Positions 8,346 to 17,258 of a stretch of 17,258 nucleotides of DNA are shown here, in pieces (within the stretch, counting starts at the first letter, position 1; every line of letters starts with the position of its first letter). Where the stretch lies: contig JAVKHQ010000049.1 of assembly GCA_031459875.1 (NCBI GenBank), positions 1-17,258 of the forward strand, written 5' to 3'. The stretch comes from Candidatus Fervidifonticultor sextus (lineage in GTDB: Bacteria; Sysuimicrobiota; Sysuimicrobiia; Sysuimicrobiales; Humicultoraceae). A model generated the notes under the pieces. The model searched no databases, was not told the DNA's origin, and worked only from the letters and a program-made list of their open reading frames with translations. The position numbers and the translations under genes were made by a program.

Positions 8346-9365
8346 GTGCACGTGGACGCCCGCCTGGTCTACAGGACACTGGCCGAGGTTCCCGCGATCG
8401 CCGGGACCGCCGAGCGCCTGGGATTCGACGGATTGTGGGCGAGCGAGACCGATCACGATCCCTTCCTCGCCCTGGCGCTGGCCGCCGGCGCTACCACACG
8501 AATTCGGTTGGGCACGTCCATCGCGCTGGCCTTCACCCGGAGTCCCACCACCCTGGCCTACACCGCCTGGGACCTGGCGCAGTACTCGCAGGGCCGCTTC
8601 ACCCTCGGCCTGGGCACGCAGGTCAAGGCGCACATCACGCGGCGCTTCGGGATGCCGTGGGATCCTCCGGCGCCGAAGCTGCGCGAGGTCGTGGCGGCCA
8701 TCCGTGCGGTCTGGGCCGCCTGGGGTCAAGGCCGTCCGCTCTCCTTCCGCGGGAAGTACTTTGCCCTGTCGCTGATGACCCCGTTCTTCACCCCGCCCGG
8801 CCCGACGCCGCCCGGGCTGCGCATCGACGTGGCGGGCGTGGGAGCCCGCCTGTGCCGGCTCGCCGGCGAGGTCGCCGACGGGTTCCACGTGCACCCCTTC
8901 CACACGCGCCGCTACCTCCGCGAGGTGGTGGTCCCCCAGCTGGCGATGGGCCTGCAGCGGAGCAGGCGGGCCCGTCGCGACTTCACCGTCACCGCCAGCG
9001 TCTTCGTCGCCATGGGGTCGCAGGATGACGTGCGCGCGCGGCTGGAGGAGATCCGCCGCACGCTGGCCTTCTATGCCTCCACGCCGACCTACCGGCCGGT
9101 CCTGGCGCTGCACGGCTGGGTCGAGATCGGCGAGCAGTTGAGCCGCCTGGCCGCGCGCGGCCAGTGGGAGGCGATGGGACGCCTCGTCAGCGACGAGATG
9201 CTGGCCGAGGCCGCGCTGTGGGGGGCGCCCGACGAGGTGGCGGTCCGGCTGCGTGCCGAGTACAGCGGGCTGGTCGACCGGATCGCCACCTACGAGGCGG
9301 TGGTCCCCGGCCAGCGCGAGGACGTCTGGCGGGTGCTGCTCGACGGGCTCAGGCGGACCCCCTAG
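8346..9365 (+). CDS. LLM-class (luciferase-like) oxidoreductase, probably F420-dependent (TIGR03617-like)
   Basis: ETDHDPFL, LGTSIALAFTRSP, GRFTLGLGTQVKAHITRRFGMPW, SLMTPFF, HVHPFHT and AFYASTPTY. The GTG at 8346 follows a GGGGGAG RBS (alternative start 8340). Confidence 0.88.
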   Translation: MHVDARLVYRTLAEVPAIAGTAERLGFDGLWASETDHDPFLALALAAGATTRIRLGTSIALAFTRSPTTLAYTAWDLAQYSQGRFTLGLGTQVKAHITRRFGMPWDPPAPKLREVVAAIRAVWAAWGQGRPLSFRGKYFALSLMTPFFTPPGPTPPGLRIDVAGVGARLCRLAGEVADGFHVHPFHTRRYLREVVVPQLAMGLQRSRRARRDFTVTASVFVAMGSQDDVRARLEEIRRTLAFYASTPTYRPVLALHGWVEIGEQLSRLAARGQWEAMGRLVSDEMLAEAALWGAPDEVAVRLRAEYSGLVDRIATYEAVVPGQREDVWRVLLDGLRRTP

Positions 9366-11083
9366 CCACCGGCCCCCGTCGCCTCCAGTTCTGCACTTAC
9401 GTCCTCCATCAGCGGCCGCAACACCCGCGCCGAGAAGTCGAACTCGGCGCCCGCAGCGGCAAACAGCACCGGCAGCGGCTCGCGGCCGCCGAGGGCCAGG
9501 GCCGCGCGATACCGGCGCACCGTCCCCGCCGGGTCGCGGCGGGCCTGCCGCCATACCTGCAGCGCCCCCACCTGCGCGATCCCGTACTCGATGTAGTAGA
9601 ACGGGACCTGGAAGAGGTGGAGCTGTCGGTGCCACAGCGATGCCTCGGCGTCCTCGTAGCCTTCGAAGGACACGCCGGGGTTGAAGCGACGGAAGGTGCC
9701 CAGCCACACCGCGCGCCGCTCGTCCCGCGAGTGGCCCGGATGGGTGTAGAGCCAGTGCTGGAAGGCATCGATCGTCGCCACCCACGGGAAGAGGCCCACG
9801 ATCCGTTCCAGCTGCTCGCGGTAGGCGCGCCGTCTGTCCTCGGGCGACGGGTAGAACACGTCCAGGTGCGGGGTGGCCAGCAACTCCATGGCCATGGACG
9901 CCACCTCGCAGAACTCCAGGGGGGCGTCCCGGTAGTCGATCAAGGGATCCTCGCGGGAGGCCAGCGTGTGAATGGCGTGGCCGCCCTCGTGGAGCAGCGT
10001 GCGCAGATCGCGTTCGACCCCCACGGCGTTCATGAAGATGAAGGGGATGCGACGCTCCTGCATCGTGCGCTGGTAGCCGCCGGGGGCCTTGCCCTTGCGG
10101 CTCTCCAGGTCGAGCAACCCCTGCTCGCGCAGGAACCCAAACTGGCGGCCGAGCTCGGGGTCGACCCGGGCAAAGACCGCCTCGACGCCGCGGGCGAGCC
10201 GGTCGGCGGTCTCGAAGGGCCGCAGCGGCGGTCGGCCCTGGGGATCGACGTCGAGGTCCCAGGGCCTGAGCACGTCCAGGCCGAGGGCCTGCCGCCGCTC
10301 CTCCAGCAGCCGGCGCCAGACCGGCAGCACCGTCTCCTCGACGGCATCATGAAACCGCAGGCAGTCCTCCGGCGTGTAGTCAAAACGCTCGCGCCGGCGG
10401 AACGCGTACGCCCGGTAGTCCTCGAACCCGGCGTGGCGGGCGAGGCGATGGCGCAGCGCCAGCAACTGGTCAAAGATCGCCTCCAGCCGGTCGCGGTCCT
10501 GCAGCCGACGGCGGGCCACCAGTTCCCAGGCCTCCTGCCGCAGCGCGCGGTCGGGTTCCTCCAGGTAGGGCGCCATCTGCTGCAGGGTGTGCTCCCGCCC
10601 CCGGAAGACCACCGTCATCGCACCGGCGATCTTCTGGAACTGCTGTTTGAGTTTGTCTTCCTCCAGTTCCAGCGGCACGTTCTCGGGCCGAAACAGCGTC
10701 ACCCGGTTGGCGACGAGCCGGTCGAGGACGTGGTAGCGCGCCGGGAGGTCCCGACGGTGCGGTGAGCGGAGGTAGGCCTCGTCCAGCGCGTGGGCCAGGG
10801 GCTTCACCATGGGGACGACGCGCTCGATGAAGGTCAGGTAGGCGTGCTCGCGCGCGGGATCGTCGGTCTGGCTCGTCATCGCCACGTACCGACGGGCGCG
10901 TGCCTCGTCGATGACCGCCAGCAGTTCGCTGGCATCCTCAAGCCACCGCTCCAGGGCCGCCGCCGAGGCGGGCTGCGCGTCCAGCAGCCGCCGGAAGAGC
11001 GGCTCAAGCTGGGCCGGGTCGCCGGCGTCTACCTCCGGCGGGACGAATCGCCGCGGGAACGTCCGGGTCAGATCCACCGCCAT
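9362..11083 (-). CDS. pepF: M3 family oligoendopeptidase (PepF-like)
   Basis: HEGGH zinc motif, KGKAPGGYQ, PFIFMN, EFCEVASMAMEL and PFYYIEYGIAQ. The start is uncertain (11083 or 11131). Confidence 0.9.
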   Translation of the reverse strand: MAVDLTRTFPRRFVPPEVDAGDPAQLEPLFRRLLDAQPASAAALERWLEDASELLAVIDEARARRYVAMTSQTDDPAREHAYLTFIERVVPMVKPLAHALDEAYLRSPHRRDLPARYHVLDRLVANRVTLFRPENVPLELEEDKLKQQFQKIAGAMTVVFRGREHTLQQMAPYLEEPDRALRQEAWELVARRRLQDRDRLEAIFDQLLALRHRLARHAGFEDYRAYAFRRRERFDYTPEDCLRFHDAVEETVLPVWRRLLEERRQALGLDVLRPWDLDVDPQGRPPLRPFETADRLARGVEAVFARVDPELGRQFGFLREQGLLDLESRKGKAPGGYQRTMQERRIPFIFMNAVGVERDLRTLLHEGGHAIHTLASREDPLIDYRDAPLEFCEVASMAMELLATPHLDVFYPSPEDRRRAYREQLERIVGLFPWVATIDAFQHWLYTHPGHSRDERRAVWLGTFRRFNPGVSFEGYEDAEASLWHRQLHLFQVPFYYIEYGIAQVGALQVWRQARRDPAGTVRRYRAALALGGREPLPVLFAAAGAEFDFSARVLRPLMEDVSAELEATGAGG

Positions 11084-11149
11084 CTCAGCGCGCCTCGGCC
11101 CAACCGTGATGGCCTCCAGCACATCGCTCATCCAAGGCAATTCCCACGC

Positions 11150-11158
11150 AGTATAGCA
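11150..11158 (-). promoter_or_regulatory. Extended -10 promoter element for pepF
   Basis: TG-C-TATACT on the minus strand, in an AT-richer patch upstream of the gene. Confidence 0.55.
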
Positions 11159-11236
11159 ATCCCATCTGCCCGGCAGAAGGCCCACTCTCCTGTCAACGCG
11201 AAATCATGGCCGGAATCGTCCACGGGAGGGTGCGCA

Positions 11237-12768
11237 GTGGTCCTGCGGATTGTGGTGTTCGGCAGCGGGGCGGTCCTGATGGGGCTGGAGATCGTGGGCA
11301 GCCGGGTGATCGCGCCGTTCTTCGGCAGTTCGGTGTTCGTGTGGGGCGCCCTGATCAGCATCTTCCTGGGCGCGCTCAGCCTCGGCTACTACCTTGGCGG
11401 TACCGCAGCCGACCGCTGGCCCCGCAGCGGCGTCCTGGCCGCCCTGCTGTCGGCGGCCGGGGTCGCGATCATCGCGCTCAACGTCGCCTCGCGGCCCGTG
11501 CTGCTGGCGTTCGACGCCTGGGACCTGGGGCCCCGGCTCAGCCCACTGCTGTCCTCCATCGTGCTCTTCGCGGTCCCCAGCGTGCTCATGGGCATGACCT
11601 CACCCTTTGCCATCAAGCTCGTGGCGCAGGACCTGGCGACCGTGGGCGCCACCGCCGGCGTCCTCTACGCCCTCTCGACGGCCGGCAGTATCTTCGGGAC
11701 CATCGCCACGGCATTCTTCCTGATCCCCGCCCTGGGCGTGCGGGCGATCCTCCTGCTGCTGGGCGGCACGCTGCTGGCGCTGGCCGGGCTGCTCGTCGCA
11801 GGCACCGGCCGCGTCCTCCGGCCGGCGAGGACGGCGGCGACGGCGGCGGCCCTGGTGGCACTGGCGGCGCTGCCCGGAGGTGCCGGGCCGATCCGGCTGC
11901 CAGTTCAGCGGGTGATCTACGAGAAGGACAGCGCCTACCACCAGATCAGCGTGCTGGAAGACGGCTTCAACCGCTACCTGCGCTTCAACCGGTCGTTTCA
12001 GGGGGGCATGGTGCTGCGCGACCCCTACGAGAGCCCGTTCCTCTACACGTCCTACGCCCACCTGGCGCTGGTCTTCCACCCCGGTCCGCGCCGGGTCCTC
12101 ATGATCGGGCTGGGGTCGGGCACGATCCCCAAACGCTTCACCCGGGACTATCCGGATGTGGTGGTGGACAGCGTCGAACTAGATCCGGCCGTCGTGGACG
12201 TGGCCCGGCGCTTCTTTGAGGTGAAGGACCACCCCCGGCACCGGATTGTCGTGCAGGACGGCCGCGTCTACCTCCGGCGCACCGACGCGAAGTACGACCT
12301 CATCATCCTGGACGCGTACTTCGCCGAAGGCATCCCCTTCCATCTGGCGACGAGGGAGTTCCTCGAAGTGGTGCGCGACCGGCTGCATCCCGGCGGGGTC
12401 GTGGTGTCCAACATCATCGGGGCGCTGGAGGGTCCCAACAGCCGGCTCTACCGGGCGTTGCACAAGACCTACGGCGCGGTCTTCCCCGCCCTCTACCCCT
12501 TCCCGACGGCGTTCGGCCTGGCGCGGAACCCGACCGAGACGCGCACGATCATCCTGGTCGCCGCGGGCAAGACCGGGATGAGGCCCGAGGAGATCCTGGC
12601 CTCGGCCCGCCGGCTGCGGGCCGAGGGGCGCGTGCGGCTGCCGCTGGACCGCTACGCGGGCGATTTCTACGGTGGGAGGATTTCCACCGACGACGTGCCG
12701 CTGCTCACGGACGACTACGCGCCGGTGGACATCCTCCCGGTCTACGGCTGGGAGCCCGAGCGCACCCG

Positions 12769-12772
<4 letters not shown>
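11237..12772 (+). CDS. Fused membrane (MFS-like) / spermidine-synthase-like SAM-binding protein
   Basis: GTG start after GGGAGG. Several TM helices (MGLEIVGSR...FGSSVFVWG; GVLYALSTAGSIFGT) precede EKDSAYHQI, VLMIGLGSG, VELDP, QDGR, IILDAY, PFHLATREF and LLTDDYAP. Confidence 0.9.
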
Positions 12773-15060
<2,288 letters not shown>

Positions 15061-15157
15061 AGAGGTCACCCCCCAAATGAAGTCATCACCCCTACCGTAA
15101 CAACGGGGATCCCGCGGCACATCGGTTGGCGACCCGAGAGTGGACCTGGGGCGGCAC

Positions 15158-15201
15158 CTGTAGTCCTTTCGGGCTGCCTCTGGTGCCCAAAAGCACTACA
15201 G
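15158..15201. repeat. Imperfect 17-bp inverted repeat with a 10-nt spacer in the divergent intergenic region
   Basis: CTGTAGTCCTTTCGGGC (15158-15174) matches the reverse complement of GCCCAAAAGCACTACAG (15185-15201) at 15/17 positions. Confidence 0.8.
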
Positions 15202-15270
15202 CAACATCCCATTCCTCCTCGATGCCGGCCGGATGGCCCGCAGGCTACGGTGGACGAGGAGGTGGCCCCC

Positions 15271-15594
15271 GTGATGCCGCGGATCATCCCCGAACACCGC
15301 CTCGCCCTGATGCGGGTGCGCGCGGCCAGGGCAAACGCTCTGGACGTGTGGAGACAGATCCTCCGGCGCGAGCAGGACGCCAATCACCATAGGCTGGGCA
15401 TCGCCCGGAGGGAACTGGAGGCCGTCAGAGCCGCCAATCGGGAGGTCATCGCCGAGCACAAACGGATCTTCCGGGCAGTCGTCGAGCAGATGAAGGCCGA
15501 GGCGGAGGACTACAAGGTCGTCTACCTGCAGGCGAAGCGCGAGGGAAAGCGTCTGATTCAGTTCATCGACCGCGTGTACGGGCGGGCCGCCTAG
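15271..15594 (+). CDS. Hypothetical alpha-helical protein (about 107 aa)
   Basis: A strong RBS, GAGGAGGTG (15256-15264), precedes GTG-ATG (15271/15274). The product MPRIIPEHRLALMRVR...FIDRVYGRAA is the 3' part of track ORF 14410..15594. Confidence 0.8.
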   Translation: MMPRIIPEHRLALMRVRAARANALDVWRQILRREQDANHHRLGIARRELEAVRAANREVIAEHKRIFRAVVEQMKAEAEDYKVVYLQAKREGKRLIQFIDRVYGRAA

Positions 15595-15764
15595 GCCTGC
15601 GACGGCTCGCCGGAGTCAGCCGGCGGAGACGGCTGCTCTGGCGGCACTTGCCGGGCCGCCCTGGCGGCGGCCCGGCCGTGCTTGCGGGCAAGCTTGCGGG
15701 CCCGCTCCTCCTGCTTGCGGATTTCCCGTGCCCGCTTGGCTGCACTGTACCGGGGTCGAGCCAT
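15591..15764 (-). CDS. Small basic protein (57 aa), not in the ORF track
   Basis: AGGAGG lies 5 nt before the ATG. Product: MARPRYSAAKRAREIRKQEERARKLARKHGRAAARAARQVPPEQPSPPADSGEPSQA*. It fills the gap and shares a CTAG stop with the convergent gene. Confidence 0.75.
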   Translation of the reverse strand: MARPRYSAAKRAREIRKQEERARKLARKHGRAAARAARQVPPEQPSPPADSGEPSQA

Positions 15765-15850
15765 GGATGCCTCCTGGCGGCGGGATAGGCCTGCCGCCCG
15801 CTTATCGTCTCACGAATGGACGCGCAGTGCAAATGCCCCGCGCACGGCGG

Positions 15851-15879
15851 TTGCCTTCCGACCGCCACTCCGATACGCT
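15851..15879 (+). promoter_or_regulatory. Sigma-70-type promoter for a likely leaderless phoD transcript
   Basis: TTGCCT-N17-TACGCT, followed after 7 nt by ATG 15887, with no Shine-Dalgarno sequence. Confidence 0.6.
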
Positions 15880-15886
15880 GAACTCC

Positions 15887-17131
15887 ATGGGGCGTGTCAT
15901 CGCGCTGAGCCTGGCCGTGTTGTGCCTCTGGGCCGACGCCGGCGCGCAGCTTCCGTCCTTCCCCGACGGCGTCGCCGCGGGTGATGTCACTCAGGGCGCG
16001 GCAGTCATCTGGACCCGGGCGCCCGGCGCCGGCGGGCTGCGCATCGAGTACGGCACCGATCCGGGCCTCGCGGGCGCGCAGACGGCCGGCCCGCTCTACC
16101 CTGACGCCGCGACCGACTACACGGTGAAGGTCGACCTGCGGGACCTCCAGCCCGGTCGGCGGTATGCCTACCGGGTCCGGGCGGGAGACACGATCGGGCC
16201 GGCGGGGACCTTTGTGACGCCGCCCGCCCCGGACCGTCCCGCCTCCCTGAGCCTGGTCTGGGGGGCTGACACCTATGAACTCTTCAGACCCTTCCACATC
16301 TTTGAAGCCGCCCGCAGCCGCACGCCCGACCTGTTCCTGTTCCTGGGGGACACCATCTACGCGGACCTGGCGCCGGTGAGGGCCCGGACGCTGGAGCAGT
16401 ACCGCCAGAAGTACCGCACACACCGCGACGACCCATCCTTCCAGTCGTTCCTGGCCTCGACGGCGACCTGGGCCGTCTGGGATGACCACGAGGTGGCGAA
16501 CAACTTCGACAGTACCCACCGCCGGCTGGCGATCGGCCTGCAGGCCTTCATCGAAGCCTGGCCGATCCGGACATCCCCCGCGGATCCCCGACGGCTGTAC
16601 CGCAGCGTCCGGTGGGGCCGCAGCGCCGAGATCTTCATCCTCGACACCCGGCAGTACCGGTCGCCCAACCCGTCGCCCGACGGGCCGGACAAGACGATGC
16701 TGGGCCGCGCGCAGAAGCAGTGGTTGCTGGACGGGCTGGTCCGCTCGACCGCCACGGTGAAGATCATCGCCAGCAGCGTGCCGCTCCGCTACCACAGCAG
16801 GGATTCGTGGGAAGGCTACACCACCGAGCGGGATGAGATCCTGCGCTTTCTCCACGACCGGCGCATCCAGCCCGTGCTCTTCCTGACCGCCGACGTCCAC
16901 TACGCGGCGTGGATCCGCCACCCGGAGGGGCCCTACGAGGCGATCGCCGGTCCCCTCGGGGCGTTCCCGGCGCGGGCGGCGCATGCGGCCGGCCGGCCCG
17001 GCGTGCTGTGGGCCGAGACCGGACGCAACAATTATGGGTGGTTGCGCCTGGTTGACAACCGGATCATGCTGGAGTGGCGCGATGATCAGGACCGACTGAT
17101 GCACTCGGTGCGCATCCCGGCGATGCCCTGA
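15887..17131 (+). CDS. phoD: Alkaline phosphatase D family protein
   Basis: Signal peptide MGRVIALSLAVLCLWADAGA, then FPDGVAAGDV, VIWTR, DYTVKV, FLGDTIYAD, WDDHEVANN, LDTRQYRS, MLGRAQKQWL, DSWEGY and TADVHY. Confidence 0.93.
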   Translation: MGRVIALSLAVLCLWADAGAQLPSFPDGVAAGDVTQGAAVIWTRAPGAGGLRIEYGTDPGLAGAQTAGPLYPDAATDYTVKVDLRDLQPGRRYAYRVRAGDTIGPAGTFVTPPAPDRPASLSLVWGADTYELFRPFHIFEAARSRTPDLFLFLGDTIYADLAPVRARTLEQYRQKYRTHRDDPSFQSFLASTATWAVWDDHEVANNFDSTHRRLAIGLQAFIEAWPIRTSPADPRRLYRSVRWGRSAEIFILDTRQYRSPNPSPDGPDKTMLGRAQKQWLLDGLVRSTATVKIIASSVPLRYHSRDSWEGYTTERDEILRFLHDRRIQPVLFLTADVHYAAWIRHPEGPYEAIAGPLGAFPARAAHAAGRPGVLWAETGRNNYGWLRLVDNRIMLEWRDDQDRLMHSVRIPAMP

Positions 17132-17165
17132 CGTCGGCGGATCAGCGCTGCTCAGTGAGGGGACA

Positions 17166-17258
17166 ATGGACGCCTACCTGGCGATCGTGAGCAGGCGGGG
17201 CGTGCGGCGCGACCAGGACCGCCGATCCCCGAGGTCGTCCTGAGGCAGATCCCGGAGG
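17166..17258 (+). pseudogene. Nitroreductase-family 5' fragment, frameshifted, running off the window
   Basis: GAGGGG RBS, then MDAYLAIVSRRGVRRDQDR. The nitroreductase-like continuation PIPEVVLRQIPE is in another frame (shift at about 17221), and the original frame stops at TGA 17241-17243. Confidence 0.65.

Noticed and set aside
11191..11196. Perfect TTGACA on the minus strand upstream of pepF
   Set aside because: It is 35 bp from TATACT, too far to pair with it, and there is no -10 at 17 bp.
10790..11236. N-terminal extension of the spermidine-synthase-like ORF (similarly 7890-8345, 2243-2398, 15728-15886)
   Set aside because: These extensions overlap divergent genes or promoters. Homology and an RBS or promoter support the later starts.

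Overview
GC-rich bacterial window, mostly housekeeping and accessory metabolic genes. The gene mix (stalk/AMIN amidase-rph-rdgB, DUF885, F420-type LLM, hybrid malic enzyme) is compatible with a Terrabacteria lineage such as Armatimonadota/CSP1-3-like, but that is inference only. The left end (1-1683) is decaying: an internally deleted IS3-family remnant, the probable end of a second IS abutting it, a secreted RskA-C-like protein and a yraN pseudogene. Next come a CX5R phosphatase-like gene, DUF885, an unknown membrane-anchored protein, rdgB, rph, an N-acetylmuramoyl-L-alanine amidase, an LLM oxidoreductase, oligoendopeptidase F, a fused membrane/spermidine-synthase-like protein and maeB. The right end has two small convergent orphan genes (one absent from the ORF track), a PhoD phosphatase and a frameshifted nitroreductase start. 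I see no CRISPR array, RNA gene or clear multi-gene novel system. The best leads are a recurring AGGA-N17/18-GAA alternative-sigma-like motif, an 11-bp-periodic operator before a His/Met-tipped secreted protein, a 17-bp inverted repeat with two small orphan proteins, and three convergent gene pairs that share CTAG stop codons.
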